Virus record (IMG/VR): IMGVR_UViG_3300020305_000063
Location: 1-31,804 of that record
Direction: 5' to 3' (one strand)
Length of the DNA: 31,804 nt
Source of the DNA: a virus
Lineage: Duplodnaviria > Caudoviricetes
Positions 1 through 9,374 of the stretch are shown here, piece by piece. The notes beneath the pieces were generated by a model. That model searched no databases. It worked only from the letters and a program-made list of their open reading frames with translations, and had not been told where the DNA came from. The position numbers and the translations under genes were made by a program. Numbering within the stretch: position 1 is the first letter of the stretch; each line of letters opens with the position of its first letter.

Positions 1-47
1 CCTTGTCCTGCGGCACCTGCTAGTTGATTATTACTAATTACACTCAT
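1..47 (-). CDS. N-terminal fragment of next tail-fibre-associated gene (MSVISNNQLAGAAGQG..., truncated by window edge)
   Basis: ATG at 47 overlaps the upstream stop (ATGA). The frame stays open to the window end. Not in the ORF track; translated by hand. Confidence 0.6.
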   Translation of the reverse strand, partial: MSVISNNQLAGAAGQ

Positions 48-625
48 GAATAAGCAAGGGTTGCGACTGCATGGATAGAAGTAGAACTGCGAACGACATA
101 ATCAATACGATCAACAGCGGATGCAGTTGTAGTCAAAGTCGGTGCAGTACCACCAGCAAAGTCCCAGTAAGAACCCCAGGAAGCTGTACGGCTACCAGTG
201 CCATCTTGGACAAGGAAGATAGAACCAGATTGACCAGCAGTAAGGTTGGTAGGGTTAGCGATGGTACGGTTGCCACCGAGCGTCAAAGTGTAGTTATTAG
301 ATGCAGCAAAATCAGGCGTTACCGTAGCGCCATCGGTCAACGTAGTAATAGTGCCACGCTGCGCAGCACTGAAGGTTTGTGTAACATCAGTCTTTGCAGT
401 GTCAGCATCAAACGCTTGAATGGTTGTCCCAATGTCTGAATCCTGTGCGTAACCAGTTAGGTCAGCTTGTGTAGAAACAAGGCTTGACCCTTCCTTGACA
501 TATAGTTTGTCTTGATCAGTTGCGTAACAAATCTCACCCTCTTGAATATCAGACAGCGAGCCATTAAGATTAGAATATGTACCTCGTGCAACGCGCAGAG
601 GAGTTCTGTTAGTAGGTGTAGGCAT
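44..625 (-). CDS. Tail fibre-associated protein (193 aa)
   Basis: Directly follows gp17 with a TAATG overlap. N-terminal 'QEGEICYATDQDKLYV' fibre-type motif and a Thr/Gly-rich beta-type C-terminus. Confidence 0.7.
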   Translation of the reverse strand: MPTPTNRTPLRVARGTYSNLNGSLSDIQEGEICYATDQDKLYVKEGSSLVSTQADLTGYAQDSDIGTTIQAFDADTAKTDVTQTFSAAQRGTITTLTDGATVTPDFAASNNYTLTLGGNRTIANPTNLTAGQSGSIFLVQDGTGSRTASWGSYWDFAGGTAPTLTTTASAVDRIDYVVRSSTSIHAVATLAYS

Positions 626-2007
626 TAGTCGAAAGATCCTCCGTCGTAAGTAGTAGAAGTAGAAACAAGTGAAGTACCGCTAGCAAAATTGCCGCCATCA
701 GCAACAAGAGTCCCGCCACTAGAACTCGATACAGTACCTGGCATCCAATGACTCATTGATTGATTCCAAACCAAAGCTTGACCATTAGTCGGAACATGTC
801 CAGATGAGGAAGTATCAACGTCAGTTAAATCACTAATAGAATCTGGAATGGTTGGTTTATTACTCAGGTCGTTGTAGTTACCAGAAAATCCGCCACCACC
901 ACCACCTGTAGTTGCGTCGAGATTAATTTCAGTGTTACCAGACTGGTTAACAGTAAATGTACCTTTAGTAGTGCCGCCCTGTTTGAGGGTAATAGTGCCG
1001 TCACCAACTGTAGGAATCGTTGGTTGGTTAGTTAGATCGTTGTAATTACCACTAAACGCAGCAGGTACAGCTTCCCAAGCTGCATCCTTACGACCGTATA
1101 GGACACCGTCGTTAGGAACATCAGTAACCCCAGGAGTACCAGTATCTCCTTTGTCACCTTTAGGACCAGACTTAGAGACTGCCACCCACTGAGCACTTTG
1201 CTCATCTACATAGTAGACATACATAATGGCTCGATAGGAATCAAACCAAAGGTCTCCACTTTCAAGTGATCTAGCATTATTACTACCAACAGCAGGATAT
1301 TGAGTCGGAGGATTGTCACCAACTATTACTTTACCTGGAGGACCGAAGTCACCCTGTACACCGGAAGGACCTGAGGCAGTAAAACTAACCCAAGCTCCTA
1401 CACTTGCATCCCAGAAATAATGACGAAGATCATCCGTATCATTCCAGATTTTACCGTCTTGTTCGTATGTAACTGCAGCGGGTTGGTCGTCTTGAACGTA
1501 AGCATCATGCCTAGCTGCTATTGCAGCTGCATCGAATATATGAGAACTATCTAGAAGAGCTTCAGCTTGACCAGCTTTTTGCTGAGTTTCAGTAATAGTT
1601 GAATCAATCTTACTCCAGTATTTGAGATCTGAAGTATTACTATATCGTTCTGTATAGCATCGTACTTCTTCAACAGCAGATTTAATAACAAAGAAATTAT
1701 TATTTAAATCTTCTGCTTTGATTGAATGGCCTGGAAAAAATTCTGCAGGAAGTGATACTAAGTCAGTACAACGATAGATAATAAATTCTTGATTGAATGC
1801 TGGTGGATCATTAAATCGAATTAAAGTATCGTGCTGAAAAGTCCAATCTGCATTAGGGATTTTTACCCAACTTGCTAGACTTACATCAAAGAAAGCAACT
1901 GCGACATCATCTCTTGTGTAGTATTCAAATGTAATTAAGTATTCTTTTTGTACACCATTACCGGTGTATGTGTCTCTTGCGGTATCGCAATTGTGACATA
2001 GAGCCAT
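625..2007 (-). CDS. gp17: Tail fibre protein, T7 gp17-like
   Basis: N-terminus resembles the T7 tail-fibre anchor (YTGNG..ITFEY..R.T..F.PG.SI.AEDLNNNF). Short collagen-like GXY runs, repeated FSGNYNDL motif, and position after gp16. Confidence 0.85.
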   Translation of the reverse strand: MALCHNCDTARDTYTGNGVQKEYLITFEYYTRDDVAVAFFDVSLASWVKIPNADWTFQHDTLIRFNDPPAFNQEFIIYRCTDLVSLPAEFFPGHSIKAEDLNNNFFVIKSAVEEVRCYTERYSNTSDLKYWSKIDSTITETQQKAGQAEALLDSSHIFDAAAIAARHDAYVQDDQPAAVTYEQDGKIWNDTDDLRHYFWDASVGAWVSFTASGPSGVQGDFGPPGKVIVGDNPPTQYPAVGSNNARSLESGDLWFDSYRAIMYVYYVDEQSAQWVAVSKSGPKGDKGDTGTPGVTDVPNDGVLYGRKDAAWEAVPAAFSGNYNDLTNQPTIPTVGDGTITLKQGGTTKGTFTVNQSGNTEINLDATTGGGGGGFSGNYNDLSNKPTIPDSISDLTDVDTSSSGHVPTNGQALVWNQSMSHWMPGTVSSSSGGTLVADGGNFASGTSLVSTSTTYDGGSFD

Positions 2008-2009
2008 GA

Positions 2010-5000
2010 TTATCTAGTTGGAATTAACAGTTCTGTTGTCCTATTATTCATACGATCCTGCTCTTGCTCAAATCGACGTTGATTTAGCGCACCACCTGAC
2101 TCTTCATTAATCCTGTAGATAGCTGCTTCTTTAGCAAGGTTAAGTTCCTTATCAAGCATGATATGGATACTGCCAAAGTCTTGTAGACGCGGAGGTTGTT
2201 CGTTATTATCACGAGCTTTCTTAAATGCTTCTCTAAACTTTCTACCATCCACTGACTGCATAATCTTTTGAACGGCTTTTTTGAATGTACCGTCCTGACC
2301 AATGTACTTATAAACCTGTGCTTGTTCTGCAATAGTAAGTTTCAGACCTTGACCATCAGTCATCATTGACGGGCGGTGGTCGTACTCAATATCCATCATG
2401 AACTGTTTCTCATCGCTAATCTTTCCGTTGACCTTCCATGGACTGTAGGTGTTATAGACACGAGCAATAAAGTTACCAGGCTCATTAATTAAGTCACCAT
2501 CAAACCAGTCATACTGCTCAGGCAACATGCCTTTAGCAGGTGTTCTGTTAGCCATCATTGCAAAGAGATTCTCCTCAACAACACGAAGCTCAGGACTAAT
2601 TAGACGGGTAAGTTCAGCCATCTGACTGGATCCACGGAACACAGTAGAAGGTAAGAATGATGATGCCCAACGGTTAATAGCAGCAGGGTTGCCAGACGCA
2701 ATGTCATAGAGAGGTTCAATGCCAGCAAGCATTGACTTATCAGTAATGGATGCACTGAGAACAAAACCCACAGCATTGAGACTGGTAGCAAGGTTTCTAT
2801 CATCGAGAGAATCAAAGTTATCCATGATGTCAGCAGTCAATGCCAGCCAATCAGTAAAAGGACCAAGGTTGTCGTAGCTCACCCAGTTACCACCAGGAGC
2901 TTTAATTGACCTAGGCTTCCAATCCATGTCACGACGTACACGTTGCTTTTGTCTGTCGTAGTGACCGTTACCAGTAATGCGATCGTTCATGAATAGACCA
3001 ACAGCACTCATAGTTGCAAGTGCACCAATAGCCTTTCGACCTTTTAGCTCAGCTCTAATCGCGTTGTAGTTAGCTTCAGCAAATTCATCCATAGGAATAC
3101 CTCTAGATGACAGCAGCTTTTCTACCTTTTGAATAGGCATCTGCTCAAACGGAAGGCTGAATGCATTAAGCTGATTGGCAAACACACCTACAGGGTTGTG
3201 TGTACCGAACAACTGGATCATATTGACAGGTGTCTTATTAAACAAAAGGAACGGACGAAGACCAGGTACACGATTCAAGACCGTAGAAATAGTGTCGGTA
3301 AGCTTGTTATCCAGGTTCATAGCGATCTCACCAGAAGCCTGCTTAACAGCCTTGTCTGTAACGATCTCTCGACCCATAGAATCCTTGCCCCAAATCTCTT
3401 TGTAAGACTTCTCGTAAGCAGCTTGAATATCGTCTGGTTTTACAGAACCAATATTTACAGCATCAAATGCTCTTCCTCTAGCCTCAGCAACGCCAATAAC
3501 AGCCTGAGTAAAGCCATCAGTAGCCTGCATCAGGCGTGTACCAAATCGCAGCCAAGGATGGTCAGCAAGAGCTTGAATCTCTTCAATCTGAGCCATCAAT
3601 GCTTGAGGTCCATATTCACCTTGCTTAGCCTTAGCATCTGCATAGGAGTTCAGAATCTCGATCTGTTGCTCGTTCTTGCGGATCAGCATGTCACGACCAG
3701 CAACACCCGCATACGTAGGGTCTTTCGCTGAGCGAGTCATGGTCTCACCGAAGTACTTCATACCCTTCTGCATAGCCTCTGTAAAGGCTGAATACTGATA
3801 GAGACCTCTACGTAAGGTGTAGCCATCACGGTGCGTCAGAGCACCAGCAAACGTAGCTACAGGACGTTCAATAAGTAAGGCACCTGCAGAAGCAACAGCC
3901 TTGATAGGTGTAGCAAAAGCAGACAGTGTGCTGTTATAAACATTAGACCAGAAACCCTGCATGATTACAGAAGGGATCTCAGGCTGCATGTCAACTAATG
4001 CTTTGTTTATCACTCCAGTTGATTGTCGGAAGTAGTTATTAAGAGCATCAATAGTCTTTACTGAACCATCACTAGCCTCGTATGCGAGCATCAGAGGTTC
4101 AAGCATCTCAGGGTTCTTTTCCTTAATTTCACGAAGTGTGGCAACAGCAGCTTTAGCTTCTGCCTGTAGTTGCTTCAGGGTGTCAGCACCTTGCTTACGC
4201 AGCTGTGCAGCAGTAGGCTTCTCTCCACCACGCTTAAATACATTCATCAAGTTAAGCAGCAGACCACGTTGCTTACCTGTCTCTCCATTAGCCACCATCA
4301 GTAGCTCAATACGATCCAGGATCTGCTCCTGTGAACGCAAGACACCAGCAGTACCTTCTGAATAACGCATACCTTGCGCCATGTCAGAGACCTGACCAGC
4401 AATAGATGTACGAACAAGAGAGTCAGCAACACCATCAGTAGCAAGACCGAACTGTTGCATGGATTCTTTAAGCATCAACTTGACAGCAGTCATACCCTCA
4501 GATGACATCATCGGAGCACCTGTGTCAGGGTTAATACCGACCTTCATTCTGTCTAACTCACGAGTAAGCTCTTTGTTAGACATGTAGCCAAGTGATTCAG
4601 CTAGGTCTTCACCAGCATCTCGGATAGTTTTAGAGTTAATATACTTACCACTTTTGAGTTTGTAACCGTATTCATCAGCTTCAAGTAAAGTTTCCCGCAG
4701 ACCCTTCATCACATTGGTGTATTCCTCTACACCCTCCAGTGAATACTTGAGTGCAGGTTCAGTCATTACACTACCTAAACGACCATATGAGGTATCTAGA
4801 TTGTTTTGAACGCGAACAAGGTCAACAGAAGCACCAACAATACCCATGTCATCAGCTGACCTAATACCCATCTCTTCATAGCCATACAAGTCATGTATAC
4901 CAAAGATAGGTTCATCTAGGTTCTGTGCCTTAGAGAAGTTATAACCTCCAAGGTTGTCTAAATCTTCTGTACGCTTAGTAACACCCTTATCAATTACATC

Positions 5001-5837
5001 TTCTGTTGCATCAGGTGCGTTATTTTTCAGCCAAGACTTGGCTTTTTCTGACTCGGGAATCCATCGTGTAGCAGCCTTAGAACCCGCAAGTTTTGCAGCT
5101 AACTTGACAGCTCCACCAACAATGTCAGTGAAGATACCAAGACCAGTGCTTTCATAAATGTTCTTAGCACGCTTCTGATCAGGACTATCAGTGTCAAGTG
5201 TGGCAAGGTCACTAGGCACCCAGCCATAAGTCCTAGGGAAAGACTTCTTTAATGTGCCAAGTATGTTGTCATCACGTTCATTGACCTCAGCTACAAAATC
5301 AACACCAGCACCAATACCGGCACTAGCTCCTGTAGAACCCAACCACTTGATAAAAGGGTCAGACAAAGCTGCAATCTTGGAGCCTTTACCAGCAGCTTGC
5401 AAAGCACCAACACCTGTCAGTGTAAGACCAACAGTAGGAACAACGACACTAGAGATATCTCTAATAGCTGTAGCAGTTTCGTTTTGATATGTAGGTAGCT
5501 TAGGTATCTCGACACCAGGGATCTTGTTGATAAGCTCTATGCCCCAATCAATAGTACCTGTAGCAACTGCCTCACCAGGCATTACAGGACCTTTACCAGC
5601 AAGGATATCCTCTACTGGCATAGGTTCATTTTTAGTCTGTTCTGCCTTAGCAGGTTCAGGCTTTACGTCAGGTTTAGAATTTGGAGCAACATCGTACTCA
5701 GGCTTTTCCTCTACCTCTGTCCTTAGTGTTTCTGCATCTGCTGCTCTTTGTTCATTAGCAGCCTGCATTTCTAATAGTTCATCCTGATCAATCCCGTCCG
5801 GCGTACCGTTAAAGATTTCATTAATAGGATCGCTCAT
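2010..5837 (-). CDS. gp16: Internal virion (ejection) protein, gp16-like
   Basis: 1275 aa, largely helical. T7 synteny between gp15 and the tail fibre. Confidence 0.8.
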   Translation of the reverse strand: MSDPINEIFNGTPDGIDQDELLEMQAANEQRAADAETLRTEVEEKPEYDVAPNSKPDVKPEPAKAEQTKNEPMPVEDILAGKGPVMPGEAVATGTIDWGIELINKIPGVEIPKLPTYQNETATAIRDISSVVVPTVGLTLTGVGALQAAGKGSKIAALSDPFIKWLGSTGASAGIGAGVDFVAEVNERDDNILGTLKKSFPRTYGWVPSDLATLDTDSPDQKRAKNIYESTGLGIFTDIVGGAVKLAAKLAGSKAATRWIPESEKAKSWLKNNAPDATEDVIDKGVTKRTEDLDNLGGYNFSKAQNLDEPIFGIHDLYGYEEMGIRSADDMGIVGASVDLVRVQNNLDTSYGRLGSVMTEPALKYSLEGVEEYTNVMKGLRETLLEADEYGYKLKSGKYINSKTIRDAGEDLAESLGYMSNKELTRELDRMKVGINPDTGAPMMSSEGMTAVKLMLKESMQQFGLATDGVADSLVRTSIAGQVSDMAQGMRYSEGTAGVLRSQEQILDRIELLMVANGETGKQRGLLLNLMNVFKRGGEKPTAAQLRKQGADTLKQLQAEAKAAVATLREIKEKNPEMLEPLMLAYEASDGSVKTIDALNNYFRQSTGVINKALVDMQPEIPSVIMQGFWSNVYNSTLSAFATPIKAVASAGALLIERPVATFAGALTHRDGYTLRRGLYQYSAFTEAMQKGMKYFGETMTRSAKDPTYAGVAGRDMLIRKNEQQIEILNSYADAKAKQGEYGPQALMAQIEEIQALADHPWLRFGTRLMQATDGFTQAVIGVAEARGRAFDAVNIGSVKPDDIQAAYEKSYKEIWGKDSMGREIVTDKAVKQASGEIAMNLDNKLTDTISTVLNRVPGLRPFLLFNKTPVNMIQLFGTHNPVGVFANQLNAFSLPFEQMPIQKVEKLLSSRGIPMDEFAEANYNAIRAELKGRKAIGALATMSAVGLFMNDRITGNGHYDRQKQRVRRDMDWKPRSIKAPGGNWVSYDNLGPFTDWLALTADIMDNFDSLDDRNLATSLNAVGFVLSASITDKSMLAGIEPLYDIASGNPAAINRWASSFLPSTVFRGSSQMAELTRLISPELRVVEENLFAMMANRTPAKGMLPEQYDWFDGDLINEPGNFIARVYNTYSPWKVNGKISDEKQFMMDIEYDHRPSMMTDGQGLKLTIAEQAQVYKYIGQDGTFKKAVQKIMQSVDGRKFREAFKKARDNNEQPPRLQDFGSIHIMLDKELNLAKEAAIYRINEESGGALNQRRFEQEQDRMNNRTTELLIPTR

Positions 5838-8278
5838 AATATCGAAGGTCTAAATGTTGTAGGGTCTTGGAGAGCTTGCTTTCCATAACCGTAACTACCA
5901 GCATTACGAATAACCTTTCCATAGTATTCTTGGTTCTCCCTACTACCAGGGATAGGACCGCCATACTTTTTAATGTTACCCATACCACCGTTGTAAGCAA
6001 AAATAGCAAGGCGCATATCGCCTTTAAAATAATCAATAAGGTATCTTAGGTACTTAGCACCACCATCAATAGCAGAAGCAGGATCATATACATTTACTCC
6101 AAACTCTGCAGCTGTAGGATCCATAAACTGAGTCAAGCCTTTTGCACCTGAACGACTAACAGCGTTCGGGTTCCAACCAGATTCAGTTTGAATAAGTCCA
6201 GCCAGAATAGCTGGATCAATATTGTGCTTTTTAGCTGATGCTTCCACCATAGGACCGAAACCCTTAGGCACGATATCTGGTGTGAAAGCTGATACTCCCA
6301 TCAGACCCCTATTAGATCTTTCAGGTGTTTTATATTTATTAAGTAGTCTTTGCTGTGTAGGAGTTAGTTTATTAGCTACCTCAATAGCAGGACTAGGAGG
6401 TAATGCATCCATTTTGTTAGCTTTTAATTGTCTGTTTAAAACCGTGAGTGGATCTACACCTAACTTGTCTGCGATATAATCAATCTGTGGGTCAGTAGTC
6501 CAGTTCTCAGAACCAAAACCTTTGACCATATTCTTTAGTGACTCTTGTGAGAAAAGAGCGTTTGGCATATCGAGAACAGCACCACCATATGACTGAAGGT
6601 TGGTATCAATAAACCTGATTCGATAGTCCATCTCTTCCTGAGATGTCTGCACACCACCTCTGTCAAATGCAAACTCATGTGCATAGGCATTTGCAGTTGA
6701 TTCAATAGACTCAAACTCAGATTCAATTTGCCTGTAAGCATCACCTACAGGATCATTACTACCACCCTGTGCATAAGAAGTTACAAGGCTGTTAAATCTT
6801 TGCTGCTGTCTAGCAACCATGAGTCCAACAGAAGGATGTTTCTTACTATCTCTAGTGACACCAGCTTTATACTCAACCATATCTTTAATGGCATCAAGTT
6901 GGACCTTAAGTTGACCAGTCTCATGTAGTTTGTCAGTAGTCTGAGCAACACTCAGATATTTCTTCTGCAGTTGTGGGTCATACCTCTTGAGCCGATCAGT
7001 AGTTAACAGGTTATAAGCTATAAGATTTTCAATTTGATCTTCTTGTACTTCACGCTGTTTAGCATCAACAGTAGAGTTTTTAAGTGCAGCTAGTTCTCTA
7101 CTCTCCATACCATAGTTGTCTCGAAGAGTATTGATAGCATCATCAATCTGATCATCAGTAAACCCATCTTTATCAGATGAGTCAATAAAAGAATTGACTA
7201 ACTCTTGTTCAGCTTTTTCAAATTCTTGTCGACGATCTGTCTCTTCGTTATTCCAGTCTTGCCGTCTCTGTGCAGCAGCTTGTCTACGGATCTTGCCGAA
7301 CCTAGTCCCGTATAGTTCACCATAGGTACGACCTTTAGGGTCACCAGGGATAGGCTGACCTTCCATAGCAACAAGATCACCTTCAGAGTATTTACCAGCA
7401 GCAATACCATCAGTCAGCTCTTTCTCATACAATGCCCATGCACCTGAATAACCTAGAGGTTGACCGTTCTTATCAACAGTATTACGTGTAGCATCTAGAA
7501 ATGAAGGAATATCTTTAGTAGCTAGAAGTGTTGTAGATGCCTCAGCTTGGCGTTGAAAGGAATCATCAATAGCAAATCCCAACTGCCTTTTACGCTTCAA
7601 TGCAGCGTCATGCTTACGAAGTGATGGATAGACACTTTTGGCTAAAAACTGAGGCTTTAGATCAGATAGTCCAGCCTTCTGAAAAAACTCCTTTCTTACT
7701 TCTGATAATGCTGCAGCATACTCACCTGAGGTTTTGAAGGTCTTATCTCCAAGTCTTTGCTCAACAAAGTTTGGGTAATCAGTAGCAGCCGCCATAGCAA
7801 AACCACGGCGTACATTTACTTTTTTTAAAGCAGTGTTATTACCAATATTCGCAGCAGCTTCATAGTTAGCACCGCTATTCTTCAGTACATCAGCCTCGAC
7901 ATCACTAGCAATAGCATCTTGCTCGTTAACTGTATCCATGCCTTCATTAAAGCTGGACATGTCAAGACCATTTTCCTCATAAAGTTGGTAACCTTTTTCT
8001 ACATCAATAGCTGCCTGTTCTTCGTTCTTCTCTTTTTGTCTATCGACCAGTAAGTCTACAAGCTTTCCGCTAAACTTACTGAGTGCAATAATATCTTGCC
8101 CTGCAAGCTTAGCGTTTTCTACCTTCTGTCTGTTGTTCTCACGAATTGCGGCGAGAAACTCTGCATCAGCTGAGCGTTGCCTTGCTTGTTCCCTATCGAT
8201 AGCAGGAATCAAGTCAACCTGATGCACAGTTTGATACTGCACACCATTACCGTATATCTGAAATTGATCTTGTTCCAT
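5834..8278 (-). CDS. gp15: Internal virion protein gp15-like with C-terminal lytic transglycosylase (SLT) domain
   Basis: Synteny. C-terminal SLT motifs: IQTES (catalytic E), NPNAVSRSGAKGLTQFM, GAKYLRYL, AYNGGMG. Confidence 0.85.
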   Translation of the reverse strand: MEQDQFQIYGNGVQYQTVHQVDLIPAIDREQARQRSADAEFLAAIRENNRQKVENAKLAGQDIIALSKFSGKLVDLLVDRQKEKNEEQAAIDVEKGYQLYEENGLDMSSFNEGMDTVNEQDAIASDVEADVLKNSGANYEAAANIGNNTALKKVNVRRGFAMAAATDYPNFVEQRLGDKTFKTSGEYAAALSEVRKEFFQKAGLSDLKPQFLAKSVYPSLRKHDAALKRKRQLGFAIDDSFQRQAEASTTLLATKDIPSFLDATRNTVDKNGQPLGYSGAWALYEKELTDGIAAGKYSEGDLVAMEGQPIPGDPKGRTYGELYGTRFGKIRRQAAAQRRQDWNNEETDRRQEFEKAEQELVNSFIDSSDKDGFTDDQIDDAINTLRDNYGMESRELAALKNSTVDAKQREVQEDQIENLIAYNLLTTDRLKRYDPQLQKKYLSVAQTTDKLHETGQLKVQLDAIKDMVEYKAGVTRDSKKHPSVGLMVARQQQRFNSLVTSYAQGGSNDPVGDAYRQIESEFESIESTANAYAHEFAFDRGGVQTSQEEMDYRIRFIDTNLQSYGGAVLDMPNALFSQESLKNMVKGFGSENWTTDPQIDYIADKLGVDPLTVLNRQLKANKMDALPPSPAIEVANKLTPTQQRLLNKYKTPERSNRGLMGVSAFTPDIVPKGFGPMVEASAKKHNIDPAILAGLIQTESGWNPNAVSRSGAKGLTQFMDPTAAEFGVNVYDPASAIDGGAKYLRYLIDYFKGDMRLAIFAYNGGMGNIKKYGGPIPGSRENQEYYGKVIRNAGSYGYGKQALQDPTTFRPSIL

Positions 8279-8949
8279 TATGCATCGTTAAGTTGGTTGT
8301 ATGTCTGATAGCCACCGATAGCAGCACCACCAAGATCCGCAACCAAGCCAAGTGGTGACGGCCCAGGTGTCATGACAGGAGGTGGAGCAGCAATACCTAG
8401 TTGAGGTTGTATAGCCACGTTTTGATACGCCTTATTGTTATCTCCCTGCAGTGACCTGTTGATAGATCCAACACGGTCCTGATAAGCCATGCCTGCACCA
8501 AATAGAGACTCAGCAGCAATGGCTTGATTACGACCAAACTGACTAACAATCTGATTGTCTAGTCGCTGTGCTGATCTACCAGTCATGCCAGCTGCAGCGG
8601 CTCTATCAGATCCTTGTACTAATTGCGCGAGGTTAGCTTGATTCCTAAATGACGCTTGCTTATAAATATTATTTAGCTTTTGCTGTTCACTTGCGTAGGC
8701 ACGGTTAGCAGCTAAAGCATTTTCACTTAGGTTACGTTTGTACTGAGAGACACTACGGTTATAACGGAACTTTTCACGATCCCAGTTACGTTCCCGTATC
8801 TTCATTTTATATTTGTAGTTGCTACTTGCAGCTTCATTCTGGGCATTAGCCTGAGCTTGTGCGGACTGGTGAGAACCTACGGCTCCTACAGCTGATACTC
8901 CGAACGAAGCAATACCTAGACCCAGTGCAGGTGTCATTGGAGTGCACAT
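8278..8949 (-). CDS. gp14: Internal virion protein gp14-like
   Basis: MC-start, hydrophobic Gly/Ala N-terminal helix, Gln/Ala-rich coiled coil, and synteny. Confidence 0.75.
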   Translation of the reverse strand: MCTPMTPALGLGIASFGVSAVGAVGSHQSAQAQANAQNEAASSNYKYKMKIRERNWDREKFRYNRSVSQYKRNLSENALAANRAYASEQQKLNNIYKQASFRNQANLAQLVQGSDRAAAAGMTGRSAQRLDNQIVSQFGRNQAIAAESLFGAGMAYQDRVGSINRSLQGDNNKAYQNVAIQPQLGIAAPPPVMTPGPSPLGLVADLGGAAIGGYQTYNQLNDA

Positions 8950-9374
8950 TTATCGAATCGTATAAAGGGTAAGTTGTTGGGACCATGCCTCACTTCCTCG
9001 TGCAGCGTGAACCCTAGAAAGTTGAGTAGTTTGATGTGGACGGTATTTCTCTTGTCAACGATGTTCCACAGGTAAGGCTCAGGACGTCTGTCAATAAAGC
9101 GTTTAGCCTCTCTTGCAAAATGATGCGGAAAGTCTTCTATGGCTGTTGTACATAACATCCATATCTGACCATTTTTATGAATACCAGCCAGACCGGCAAT
9201 CCTGCCGTCAGGCACGTTGAATGATACGCAGAAGCCTTCTGTAGAGGCGAGAGGGATGTGGATGGTAGGTATGATCCCATGTCCCTCTTCGCACTCTCTA
9301 CGGTCATCCTCGCGTAACTGAGAGGCAACCTGATAGGCAGCCTCCAATGTACATGGGTGAATAAATTTAGACAC
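8934..9374 (-). CDS. gp13: gp13-like protein (GNAT-like fold)
   Basis: LREDDRRE, IWMLCT and LWNIVDKRNTVHIKLLNFLGF motifs. Located after tail tube B. Confidence 0.8.
   Translation of the reverse strand: MSKFIHPCTLEAAYQVASQLREDDRRECEEGHGIIPTIHIPLASTEGFCVSFNVPDGRIAGLAGIHKNGQIWMLCTTAIEDFPHHFAREAKRFIDRRPEPYLWNIVDKRNTVHIKLLNFLGFTLHEEVRHGPNNLPFIRFDKCALQ

Noticed and set aside
3129-3731. 200-aa plus-strand ORF, and all other plus-strand ORFs in the track
   Set aside because: They are antisense shadows of well-supported minus-strand genes with no motifs, and the genome is unidirectional.
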